A stretch of 57,038 nt of DNA, the filler included, from Piptocephalis cylindrospora (taxonomy: Eukaryota): the NCBI GenBank assembly GCA_003614145.1. It is 3 parts of 3 records of this genome, joined end to end, with 100 filler letters (N's around TTAATTAATTAA, not from the genome) between each part and the next. Parts side by side here need not be neighbours in the genome. Positions count along the whole stretch, not along the records: positions 1 to 19,083 come from KZ987827.1; positions 19,184 to 38,142 come from KZ987828.1; 1 more part is not named here. The stretch is one strand, 5' to 3'. Below are positions 11,942 to 22,268 of the stretch, one piece after another. The notes beneath the pieces were generated by a model, which saw only the letters and a list, made by a program, of their open reading frames with translations, searched no databases and had not been told where the DNA came from. Position 1 is the first letter of the stretch; each line of letters starts with the position of its first letter. Made by a program: the position numbers and the translations under genes.

Positions 11942-12424
11942 ATGGTCAATGGGCCGTCCAACGAGGTGGGTGCGTCGTCTGCCATGGTCCGTGACCTAGA
12001 CGCCGACATTGCCGTACACAGAAAGGCGCTGGAGAAAAGGAGGAGGGAGACCAAAATGAAGCAGCTAAAGAGGAAACTCTCCGTCCTCTCCGAGATCAAG
12101 GACGAGGATCCATGCATGCGGGTAGAGTCCGACATGGACGTTTCCATGTCTGAAGAGGAGACTAGCGATGAGGAGACCAATGATATGGATGAGGTCAATG
12201 ACAAGATCGATCCCTTGGAAAGAAAATCCCCAATCAAGGTGCCAGTAAAAACCATGAATAGAATAGGAAAGGTGCTAAAGGCCAAGGAAAAGGGCGCAAT
12301 TACGTCTTCAGAGCCCTCCAAATCCAAAGTAGGTCGTCCCCTCTCACCAACTTCGGCTCAGGAGAGAAAGAGATCAACCAAACGGGCCAAGACCCAGGCC
12401 CAACGCATTGGGCTGGATCCATGA
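11942..12424 (+). CDS. Hypothetical charged protein (160 aa, basic clusters and an acidic patch)
   Basis: ATG in AAAATGG context after a pyrimidine-rich leader, divergent from RRP42. NLS-like basic clusters. No family recognised. Confidence 0.6.
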   Translation: MVNGPSNEVGASSAMVRDLDADIAVHRKALEKRRRETKMKQLKRKLSVLSEIKDEDPCMRVESDMDVSMSEEETSDEETNDMDEVNDKIDPLERKSPIKVPVKTMNRIGKVLKAKEKGAITSSEPSKSKVGRPLSPTSAQERKRSTKRAKTQAQRIGLDP

Positions 12425-12722
12425 ACGGGAAAGAGTGTGTCATGTAGCTTCAAATTGATCTGTTGTGTAGTTGCCAGGAAGTGAGCAATCAAAAAAATCG
12501 CTCCATTAACAACGTGAATCATTTATTCTAACGTATGTGTGTATTCAAGCGATTCATGCAACCATATCGACTAAATTTTCCTCTTTCTCACGATTTCCAA
12601 CACCGTAGCTATCTAAAAAGAGTCATGGTTTGATATACCATACAAATATAAACCCTGTTCTCCTTCTTTGATGGCCCTACCTAATGATTATAAATGGTAA
12701 AACTCTAAGAGTCCAAAAAACG

Positions 12723-12796
12723 TGTTCTGGCTCGGATTCGAACCGAGGACCGTCTGTGTGTTAGACAGACGTGATAACCAACTACACCACCAGAAC
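12723..12796 (-). tRNA. tRNA-Val (anticodon AAC), intronless
   Basis: Minus strand reads GTTCTGG-TG-GTGTAGTTGGTTATCAC-G-TCTGT-CTAACAC-ACAGA-CGGTC-CTCGG-TTCGAAT-CCGAG-CCAGAAC-A, a complete cloverleaf with A and B boxes. A T-run terminator follows (plus-strand aaaaaa at 12715-12720). Confidence 0.97.
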
Positions 12797-13112
12797 CACG
12801 TTTCATCTAACTTTTCCGGACCAACAATAATTAAATTGTACTTTCTTTCGGAGCTCATTGTTTTCCCTTGCTTCTCCTATTCACACATCCTGGGCACGGG
12901 GGAACATGGACGTGTGTGTGGGTAGAGGGGCGGAGCCAGCGTCATCCCATCCACTACCTTGTATTCCTCTCCCCACCACCCTTTCCCGCTCTCCCTTGGT
13001 CTAGAGATCCTCACCTTCCTTCTTCCCATCTCTCTAATCTTCCCATCTCCCCTTCCTTTCCTCCCCCCCTTCCTCCACCTCCTTCCCAGCCCCTCCCAAC
13101 CTCATCTTCAGA

Positions 13113-14642
13113 ATGGTAGGTGATCCATTACCCAAGATCGTGCCTTGGCGCCCCTAGGACACTCTTATCCCCTCTCGATCCTTACTCTGATCACTCACCT
13201 CACTTTACCTTAATATCAACACTGTCTTATTAAATAGGGAAACGCACCCTCCCTCCCCGGAAAGCCGGGAGATGGTAAGAAAGATCAAAAGGTAAATCAC
13301 CTCTCCGCTGTCTCATCCCACCTCACCACCCCTCACTCACCCTTTTACCCGTCTGCAACCATTATAAATTTCCTAGGATAAGAATAAGAAAAAGTGGGAA
13401 CCCCCTGTCCCCACGCAGATTGGCCGCAAGAAACGTCGGGGTGGCCCGGACACCGCTGCCAAGCTTCCTGCCATCTTCCCCACCACCCGGTGCAGGCTCA
13501 AGCTGCTCAAGCAGGAGAGGGTCAAGGACTTTCTACTTATGGAGGAGGAGTTTATCATGAACCAAGAAAGACTAAAGCCCCAGGATAAGCGAAAGCAGGA
13601 GGAGCGATCCCATGTTGAGGACTTCCGTGGATCTCCCATGACCGTGGGTTCCTTAGAGGAGATCATCTCGGATCAGAATGCCATTGTCTCCACCACCTCC
13701 GGTCCCGAGTACTATGTTTCGATCCTCAGTTTCGTGGACAAGGACGCCCTGGTCCCGGGCTGCTCCGTCCTTCTTCACCACAAGCACCTGTCGGTCATTG
13801 GTGTCCTCGCCGATGACGTCGACCCCATGGTCAGTGTGATGAAGTTGGAGAAGGCCCCGACCGAGTCGTACGCCGATATTGGTGGGCTCGATCAGCAGAT
13901 TCAGGAAATCAAGGAGTCCGTCGAGCTGCCCCTCACCCATCCCGAGCTCTATGAGGAGATGGGAATCAAACCTCCTAAGGGCGTCATCCTCTACGGTGTT
14001 CCCGGGACTGGCAAGACCCTCCTGGCCAAGGCCGTGGCCAATCAAACCTCCGCCACTTTCCTCCGCATTGTCGGGAGTGAGCTGATCCAAAAGTACCTGG
14101 GAGACGGGCCCAAGCTCGTCCGGGAGCTCTTCCGTGTCGCCGAGGAGAATGCCCCGAGTATCGTATTCATCGATGAAATTGACGCCGTCGGCACCAAGAG
14201 GTACGAAAGTCAATCGGGTGGAGAGCGTGAGATTCAGCGCACCATGCTCGAACTCCTTAACCAATTGGATGGCTTTGACTCCCGTGGCGATGTCAAGGTC
14301 ATCATGGCCACCAACCGTATCGAGAGCCTGGATCCCGCCCTTATTCGTCCCGGCCGGATTGACCGAAAGATCGAATTTCCTATGCCTGATGTGAAGACCA
14401 AACGTCGAATCTTCAACATCCACACCTCCCGCATGACCCTGGCCGACGATGTCGACCTGGAGGAATTTGTCATGGCCAAGGACGACCTCAGCGGTGCCGA
14501 CATCAAGGCCGTCTGTACCGAGGCTGGTCTCCTTGCCCTCCGTGAGCGTCGGATGAAGGTGATGGGCGAGGACTTTCGTAAGGCCAAGGAGAAGGTACTT
14601 TACCGAAAGAACGAGGGCACTCCCGAAGGTCTTTATCTGTGA
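13113..14642 (+). CDS. RPT2: 26S proteasome AAA-ATPase Rpt2/PSMC1, 3 exons
   Basis: Coding exon 1 is the ATG alone (13113-13115). Introns 13116-13237 and 13292-13376. N-terminus MGNAPS, then KKKWEPPVP, Walker A GVPGTGKT, Walker B IVFIDEID and C-terminal HbYX PEGLYL. Confidence 0.97.
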
Positions 14643-14813
14643 GCTGGGAAAGAGAGAGAATGATGGAAGGGAGGGGCAGATGACGGAATACAGATGTCTG
14701 GCCAGGATGGCCTTCAAAAACACAATCATCTACGAGGGAAAGACCCCTCTATTTCACTCCATTTCCCCCCAGATACACATGCGGTCAGGAACAGCATGAG
14801 CAACATGATCCCA

Positions 14814-15465
14814 TCAATCCTCCTCACTGGAGGCTTCTCCCTCACTGTCACTGTCCTCCTGACCTGCACCAAGGGTCTTGGCCAAGGCGGCTTGCTGGAA
14901 GAGTGTCCTGGCTTCCTGAGCCCCCTGCGGAGGAAGGCGAGCGATGGGCCGAGATCCCTGGCGGTCGGTCAGGGTCACATCAGCGCCCTTGTCAACGAGC
15001 AGGGCTAGGGTCTCCAGAGCCACCTCGGGATCCCGATCCCAGGCCGCAGCAGCCCTATGGATGGCCGCCTCGCCTGTGACATTTTCCCGGACATTGATGA
15101 GGTCTTGCGTCAGCCCGGGAGATTCTAGCAGGGCCTTTAAGGCATCAAATGAGAGTGTCCCCGCACTGTAGAAGGAAGGAGTTAGAGAGAAAGGGATAAG
15201 GTCTGAACATGGTCGCGTCGGGATGAAGCAGAGAATAGCTTACGCGTAGTGCAAGGCCGTAGCGCCAAGGCCATCCCGATGACCAATATCAGCACCTTCA
15301 GCCAAGGCTTCCTGGATGAGCTCGGGATTGCCTTGCCGAGCACCTCCAAGGAGGATTTCATCTAAGTTGGGGGTAGCACAGGTGTGAGGGGGAGGAGTGG
15401 GGTTGGGATAATGGTTGAATGTGCAGCAAGAGCTTACTGGGACTAGCGCCAGAATCTTCGGTCAT
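14814..15465 (-). CDS. Small ankyrin-repeat protein, 3 exons
   Basis: MTEDSGASPNEILLGGARQGNPELIQEALAEGADIGHRDGLGATALHYA..TGEAAIHRAA..LLVDKGADVTLTDRQG. Introns 15437-15362 and 15243-15166. Confidence 0.85.
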
Positions 15466-15894
15466 GGTGGAAGGAAAGTTGTGAGGCTTGAAGGGGGAGG
15501 AGAGTAGAGCTAGGAGGGGGAGCAGGAGGGAAAGGTCAATGAGTAGGAAAGATGGCTATGCTTGCCTAGGCCCATCGGAGACAAGTCGGAGGAGTCGGGT
15601 GTCCAAGAGATGGAGGGGGGGGAAGTTCGTGGGATATTGTGGCGGTGAGGGAAAATACCTCCTCAGTGTGAGGAGGGGCGCAGTGCTCGACAGATCTAAA
15701 GACATCTAGTCTAGTGATAATAGACAAAGGATAGTTAAGGATGACAAATTGGATCAATGCATACTGTATGCGGACGTATAAAAGCCACGAATTCATGGTT
15801 CAATGATCATGTAACACTGCGTAAGCGACTATTTCTTGGACCAAACGATCATCATCCTCTAAACCCACCCTGTGGATAGAGTCCTCCCCCAGGA

Positions 15895-17287
15895 TCAAGA
15901 AGAGGTGGCAGCAATGTTCACGGCCATCTTAAATATTCCAACAAGGGCCGTGACCTGCAAATGCTCGGTCGCCCCACTGGTCAAGCGGTACTCAAGGTCC
16001 GCCAGCTTCTCCAAGAGATAGATCCTCATGGGTTGAGGGATTTCAATGCTATCTAGATACTCGCCAACCTCTCCTAGGATGTCCAGGAGGGCTAGGCCTT
16101 TGACCACTCGTAGCTGCTGTAAGACTAGATAAGGGGGCCACGTGAGTTATCGGAAGGAGTATACGCCCGCCCTACCCCTTCTCTTCACCCCAAGCCTACC
16201 CGAGTGAGCCGAGGCAAAGGAGTCGTTCATGAGGGTAGTGACGATTCTCTGAACATCATTTGGATCGGGCTGGCCCGTGCAGTGGTACACATCCTCCTCA
16301 TTAATCTTCTCGGCGCCTGAGGTGGTGGCGGCGGCGTGACATGCCTGTAGGATGTTCAGGACTCTGCGCATATCGCCTTTGGACAGGCGCATGAGTGCGT
16401 CCTTGCCCTGGGACGAGATGTGGACTTGTTCTAGTCCCAGGATGTAATCCAGTCGATTACGGATTTGCTCAGGCTTCAGAGGAGAGAAGCGGAAGCGTGT
16501 ACACCTGGATTGTAAGGCAGGGATGATTTTGGAGGAGTAGTTGCAGATGAGACAGAACCGGACGTTGTTGGTGTACTTTTCCATGACTATCATTTGGGGG
16601 AGGGGGTGAGTTGTGGACGAGGGGATAAAGATGGAAAGGGGACCTACCTCGTCGCAGGGCCGCCTGGGCAGCAGAGGTCATGGCGTCGGCCTCATCCAAG
16701 ATGACCAGCTTGACACCCGTGTCAAACATCCTTCTGGTGCTGGCAAAGGTCTTGATCTGGTCCCTGACCACATCGATACCTCGATCATCCGAGGCATTGA
16801 GCTCGAGGATCATTGATCGGTACTTTTCCCCGTACATTTGGCGAGCGCACGCGAGAATTGTCGAAGTCTTTCCTGTTCCGGGGGGGCCATAAAAGAGAAG
16901 ATGGGGAAGTCGATTTTCTGCGATGAAATTTTTGACTGCAAAGACATATCCATATGGGAAGCGGATATGAGTATGAAGGGTATTCAAGAGCGGGCAAGCT
17001 GGACCGGGAAGGGCACTGAGTACTTACTGGTCTGGATGATATCTCCCTGGGAGATCAAGTCCTCCAGGGTTGACGGTCGGTACTTTTCCACCCTAGATGA
17101 GGAGCGGGAAAGATATTAAGCAGCTGTCTTGAAAAGCCATCTCTCCTCGAGGATCAAGAGCATCATGGTCTTACCAAGGCAAATGCTCATCCAGAACACG
17201 CCCTACTCGTTCGGGCGCCTTTCCCTTGGAGCGCTTGGTCTCGGTGGCAAGGGGCGCGGGCTCGTCTACTTCCATATACTCTGGCAT
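15895..17287 (-). CDS. RFC3: Replication factor C small subunit (yeast Rfc3 / human RFC5 type), multi-exon
   Basis: HLPWVEKYRP, PHLLFYGPPGTGKTSTILACAR, LELNASDDRGIDVVR, KLVILDEADAMTSAAQAALRR, SRCTRFRF, GDMRRVLNILQ and KGLALLDIL, separated by GT-AG introns. Confidence 0.93.
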
Positions 17288-18184
17288 GATGGATATTTAC
17301 TGTGGAAAGGTGAGAATCGTGGTTGGTTGGGATGTGGCTTAAGGAGGAGGATGTACGGATTAAGCGATTGCTATTAAAGAAGAAGATGGCGCGTCCTGAA
17401 TAGGCCAAGTCCGCGACCCAAACTGCACTATCATGATAAATCATAATAATCATAATAGAGAGTGAGGATTAACGTGTCTGCCACATAATGGTGTCGGTGA
17501 TGCGGAGTGCGCGTGTGTGTGCGGATCCCTTCTACTCCTCATTATCGCCTCTTCTGGCGGGCAAGGCGGAAGGAGGGGGAACGGATGAGTGAATGCACTA
17601 CTACTGTCTGTTTAAAGATAACGATGATGATAATGTCCTTCCTTTCTTGATGCTCATGCCTTCCCTATCCTCAGTCAAGCATTGACATGGAGAAGGGGAG
17701 CACCCGTCTTTGATCGGTCCCGCACAACACAGCCTTAGCTTCCCTGGTAGCTCTCAGTCCTTAGTCATCCTATCCCCACTGGGTAAAGGGGGGAGGGGGC
17801 ATGGATAGAACTTATGAGGCTTCTCACATGAAACATTATTTATGCACACCGCTCACCGCCCCTACTGACCAGTGCTTGCTTACCTTTTGTCTTAGGCTGC
17901 GGTAGAAACAGGCTACTGTTAGAAGGATACATCGTATGATAAACCTTCCCTACCGGCTTTACCCGCGCCCCATCCTCTCCTTTCTCTCGCTATCCTTCCT
18001 CTTGACATAACCTTCTTCCGGACGTCTCCATCCTACACACCTCTCCTCTCTCTTGACTATTTATTCCCTTCCTTGGTAGGATCTCCCTCTTCCTCTAGAT
18101 CCACTCAGCCTTCTCTTCTTTTGCCCGCCCCATACTTTCTTACCGCTCCTATCGTCGAACTTGCTATTACCTTCACTTTACTCC

Positions 18185-19083
18185 ATGACAGGTCCTTATA
18201 GCAAGACGGTTGATCTTGCCCTACAGGTCAGCTCCCTCCTCCTCGTGCTTCTCTGGCACGCGCAAGGGTTTATGGCCCCACCGGAGGCGTTCGTCGAGTC
18301 GGTTCTAAACAAGACCTCGGGTCAGTCCTACTGCAGTCCCTCGGGTCAGATTAGCGACTCGTGCTGCGATTTTGAGACTGTAGAATCCATCAGCAATGCT
18401 CTACACCCTCAGCTGACCGAGCTGGTTCAGACGCCCTTTTTCTCACACTACAAAATCGATCTGTTTAAGGGCTGTCCCTTTTGGGACCAGGACTTTGTTT
18501 GTGTCCAAAAGGATTGCGCTGTTGAAACCGTGGATGAGGTAGGATAAAGAGGGCGAGCGAAAAGGTGCGTGTGTGCACGAGATCCTCCATCACTCACATC
18601 CCCTTTCTCTCCCATCCTCCTGGTAGAGTATGGTACCCGAGGCCTGGAGAAGTACTCGATTAGGCGCTGTGGACTTTAGCCCGCAGCCCCGAGGCATGTT
18701 TGACATCCCACGGCAGTGCGCTCCCTCGGACAAGGATTTCTGCTTCTTAGAGGATGAAAGATCGGAGAAGGGCTCGTATGTAAATCTCCTGCGAAATCCC
18801 GAGCGGTTCACTGGGTATGCTGGCGCTTCCGCCGCGCAGATTTGGCGCGCCATCTACGAGGAAAATTGCTTTGACCTCGTCAAAGAACTCGGGCCCTCGG
18901 ACCCTCAGTCCTCCTCCGACTCGGAGGACTCGGAGGAGTCCGATTCCGATGATGCCTTGACGATGAGCTCGGATTCTGGGTCTCTTAACCAGACCCCCGA
19001 TGCCTTGGAACAGAACATGGAAAAACGCGTCTTCTACCGCATCATCTCTGGCCTTCATGCCTCCATCTCCGTTCACATTTGCG
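18185..19083 (+). CDS. ERO1: ER oxidoreductin Ero1 (5' part, truncated by the contig end)
   Basis: Signal peptide, PSGQISDSCCDFETV, FFSHYKIDLFKGCPFW, CVQKDCAV, YVNLLRNPERFTGY, IWRAIYEENCF and EKRVFYRIISGLHASISVHIC. Intron 18539-18626. Confidence 0.93.
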
Positions 19084-19183
19084 NNNNNNNNNNNNNNNNN
19101 NNNNNNNNNNNNNNNNNNNNNNNNNNNTTAATTAATTAANNNNNNNNNNNNNNNNNNNNNNNNNNNNNNNNNNNNNNNNNNNN
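19084..19183. other. Artificial contig spacer (N44-TTAATTAATTAA-N44)
   Basis: Six-frame stop linker at 19128-19139 flanked by 44 N on each side. ERO1 does not resume after it. Confidence 0.97.
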
Positions 19184-19278
19184 TTCCTATCTTTATCCCT
19201 TCCATTACTAAACATCCCCCTCTTTTTCCTCCTTCCCTTTCACGTCACTAAAGTTCTTGGCCCACGTCGGAACCCACA

Positions 19279-19309
19279 CCCCCCCACCCCCCCCCCCCCC
19301 CCCCCCCCC
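19279..19309. repeat. Poly-C tract (C7-A-C23) just upstream of the ammonium transporter ATG
   Basis: Homopolymer read directly, ending 16 nt before the ATG at 19326. Confidence 0.85.
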
Positions 19310-19325
19310 TCCCCTTCCCCTCCCT

Positions 19326-20765
19326 ATGTCAAGTAACGCAACACTAACAACACCTAGCGAGCTGGTCCCGATCAACGCAGGAGACACCTCCTGGGTCCTC
19401 ATGTCGACCGCCGGGGTCTTTGTTATGACCGTGGGCTTGGGATTCTTCTATAGTGGCCTAGCTAGGGCAAAACACGCCCTTTCCCTTCTTTTCCTCATGA
19501 TGGTGTCGATTGCCGTGGTGTCGGTGCAATGGTGGCTCTGGGGCTTTTCCTTGACCTTTTCCCCCACGGGATCTGCATTCATCGGGAACTTGGATTATGT
19601 CTTTGCTCGGAACCTCGGCTCCGTCCCCCATCCCAACGCCCCCACCATTCCTGGGGCTGCCTACTTTCTCTTCCAATGTATGTTTGCCATCATCACCCCG
19701 GCCCTGGCCTTTGGGGCCACGGCTGAACGCATGCGTCTCTTCCCCGCCCTGGCCTTCCTCTTTGTCTGGTCTACAGTCGTCTACGACATCATCACCTACT
19801 GGGTATGGGCTCCCAAAGGATGGCTCCTGGGCATGGGACTCATGGATTATGCCGGAGGCACCCCCGTTCACATGTCCTCGGGGGTCGCCGCCGTGGCCTA
19901 TGCCATTGTCCTGGGTAAGCGTCGGGATTATGCCGACCTCCTCCACGCCCCCTGTCCCCACAATGTCACCTTTGTGTATCTGGGGACGGCGCTTCTATGG
20001 TTCGGGTGGCTCTTCTTCAACGGTGGATCCGCCGTCGCTGCCAACGCCCGGGCTGCTCAGGCTATCATCAATTCCCATCTTGCTGCCTGTGTTGGCGGTA
20101 TCATCTGGGTCATCATGGATTACCGGCATGCCCGCAAACTCACTCTAATCGGCTTTTGTACCGGAGTGGTCGCGGGATTAGCCACCATCACCCCGGGATC
20201 TGGGTTCGTCTCTAGTTCTAGTTCCCTCGTCTTTGGCCTGATTGGCGGAGGCCTATGTAACCTCGTCGTCAACTACAAGCGTCATCTGCGCTTCGATGAC
20301 GCTCTCGATGTTTTTGCCGTCCATTATGTTGGTGGGCTTATTGGCCTTGTCCTTACGGGCATCTTTGCTCAGCGCAGCGTCATCTCCCTCTCCTATCCCT
20401 CTGACACGCCCTGGGAGCAAATCCCAGAAGGGGGCTGGCTCGATGGCCGGTGGGTCGCTGTCCCCGTCCAGCTCCTCGCCATCGTGTCTGTCAGCGGTTG
20501 GAGCTTCTTCATCACCTTTGCCCTTCTCAAGGGCCTCAATTACATCCCCGGCATGCATCTTCGTGTGAGCGAGGAGGATGAGGAGATGGGTACGGATCTG
20601 AGCGAGATGGGCGAGGTCGCCTACGGCTTCCTCCATCCTGATGCCTCCAGTGGAGCTTCATCCGATTGGGGCTCCGCCGCCGCTAAACAAAGTCTGGTCG
20701 TTTCCGGGGACACGATTCGTCCCATGGAACTGGAACCCACCCCATCCTCCTCCTCGACGCGTTAA
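19326..20765 (+). CDS. MEP2: Ammonium transporter (Amt/Mep family, twin-His), intronless
   Basis: GDTSWVLMST, GLGFFYSGL, FQCMFAIITPAL, DYAGGTPVH, LLWFGWLFFNGGS, VAGLATITPGSG, DDALDVFAVH and LRVSEEDEEMGTD. Orthology to Mep2 specifically is not established. Confidence 0.95.
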   Translation: MSSNATLTTPSELVPINAGDTSWVLMSTAGVFVMTVGLGFFYSGLARAKHALSLLFLMMVSIAVVSVQWWLWGFSLTFSPTGSAFIGNLDYVFARNLGSVPHPNAPTIPGAAYFLFQCMFAIITPALAFGATAERMRLFPALAFLFVWSTVVYDIITYWVWAPKGWLLGMGLMDYAGGTPVHMSSGVAAVAYAIVLGKRRDYADLLHAPCPHNVTFVYLGTALLWFGWLFFNGGSAVAANARAAQAIINSHLAACVGGIIWVIMDYRHARKLTLIGFCTGVVAGLATITPGSGFVSSSSSLVFGLIGGGLCNLVVNYKRHLRFDDALDVFAVHYVGGLIGLVLTGIFAQRSVISLSYPSDTPWEQIPEGGWLDGRWVAVPVQLLAIVSVSGWSFFITFALLKGLNYIPGMHLRVSEEDEEMGTDLSEMGEVAYGFLHPDASSGASSDWGSAAAKQSLVVSGDTIRPMELEPTPSSSSTR

Positions 20766-21073
20766 AACCCTCCCTCTCCCCCTCCCACTATATTTCCTCT
20801 TCAAGAGTGGGTTTATATTTTTGCTTATTTTCATCCTCTTTCCGAAAAATGAATTTTGTATGTCGTTGTGCCCCCTTTTCCCCTCACAGTGTTGTGAATG
20901 ACGCCAACAAGGTTCATTTCGTCCCAGCAACAGGAGACAGAGAGGGGGGTTGAAGGAGACTCTCCAGTCGTCGTCGTCCCAGGGGTGTCTGGCGCTGTTG
21001 TTGACCACTTTGAAAGGGTCATACCAGAGCTCAGAACCCGCTTCTTCCTTCCTCTCCCTTTCCTACCATCCCC

Positions 21074-21634
21074 ATGTCTGCACGACCCATCGCCATCCGG
21101 AATGCCCAGCGCTTCTTCACATACAGCCGTCGGGAGGTGCGAATGACCCTACGGGGAATCCTCGCCCAGACTCCCTATCCCCACTACGGGCTCGACATGG
21201 TGTGGGTTCGACCCGCTGCCATAGCCAAGCTCAACGCCAAATACCTCAACAAGACTGGACCCACCGATGTCCTGTCCTTTCCCATGAATGGTGCCATTCG
21301 TCCTGGAGTTCTCCCTACACCCCTGTCTCCAGAGTTAATGCATCTCGGTGAAATTTACCTGTGTCCCAGCTATGCTTATCAGGCCTTTCTAGAGGAAAGG
21401 AAGGAAGAGGGCGAGGGCGACTCCCCTTCCTTACCTCCTCCTCCCGATGCCTTTCCTCGACACATCCGTCGTCTTCTCATCCATAGCATTTGTCATCTTA
21501 TGGGCTATGATCATGAACAGGACCAGGATTATCAACAGATGCAAGCCAAGGAGGATGACATGGCTCAGGCCTTCTATCGACACTTTGCCCATCTTCCCCT
21601 CAACCTTACCTTGGTAGGGTCATCCGGGCGGTAA
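21074..21634 (+). CDS. YBEY: YbeY family (UPF0054) zinc-binding rRNA maturation factor, probably mitochondrial, intronless
   Basis: KLNAKYLNKTGPTDVLSFP, LGEIYLCP and the zinc motif IHSICHLMGYDHE (HxxxHxxGYDH), then MQAKE. Confidence 0.92.
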   Translation: MSARPIAIRNAQRFFTYSRREVRMTLRGILAQTPYPHYGLDMVWVRPAAIAKLNAKYLNKTGPTDVLSFPMNGAIRPGVLPTPLSPELMHLGEIYLCPSYAYQAFLEERKEEGEGDSPSLPPPPDAFPRHIRRLLIHSICHLMGYDHEQDQDYQQMQAKEDDMAQAFYRHFAHLPLNLTLVGSSGR

Positions 21635-22268
21635 TTGGCAACAAGTGTGTTCACATCAATGTAAAACTTCTTTTTCATCAACCATCTTGGGTCTCTTCAC
21701 ACTCAAGGAAGGTGTCCTTATGAGGACCTGCCACGCTCTCCCTCCTACGATCGACTCTTGTCCGAGGAGATATACATTTTACCCCGTCTGCCCCTTCCTC
21801 CTTCCATTCTGTCCCGTCTGTCGTGTCACTTGTCCTGTCCACCACCCAAAAGTCAGCTTCGTGCCCACACCCCTTCATACACTGTTCTACTGTGGCCACC
21901 ACCCTCATGCACACATATCGGACTTTTCCTCTCCCCCCACCACCGTTATAAGCCCCGCACCCCCTTGGCATCCCCAGCCAAGTCCTTCTCCCACCCTCAC
22001 CGCCTCCCTGCCCCGCCTCCCCTTTCCTTCTTCCTTTCTCTCCCCGCCTCTCCATTCCATTTATCCATCGGCATTATTCGCTGATTAGCACTTTTCCACT
22101 CTACTCCACCCTCCCTTTCTCGTCTGTGTACCCTCCCTTCCCCCACTCCTCTCCTCCCCTCCCCGTCCCCCTCCCCATTCACCGTACACTACCTACGCGT
22201 CTCTCCCATCTCCCTAGTCCCCTCTTTGGCGTGCCCCAGCCCCATCCTTATCCTTTTCCTGGCCCACC

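Noticed and set aside
13653..14729. 358-aa minus-strand ORF
   Set aside because: Antisense shadow of the highly codon-biased RPT2 gene.
17472..17478. ACGTGTC UPRE-like motif between RFC3 and ERO1 (and TACGTG at 4071-4076 upstream of calnexin)
   Set aside because: Single 6-7-mers are expected by chance, and this one is about 700 nt from the ERO1 ATG and closer to RFC3.
19084..19183. TTAATTAATTAA palindrome within Ns (repeated at 38187-38198) as a biological element
   Set aside because: It is a six-frame-stop assembly linker. ERO1/Amt and GCN2/PUL-fragment neighbourhoods are therefore artificial and give no evidence of clustering or fusion.
19257..19325. Poly-proline N-terminal extension of the ammonium transporter
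   Set aside because: It depends on a TTG start and the poly-C tract. The ATG at 19326 gives a normal Amt N-terminus.
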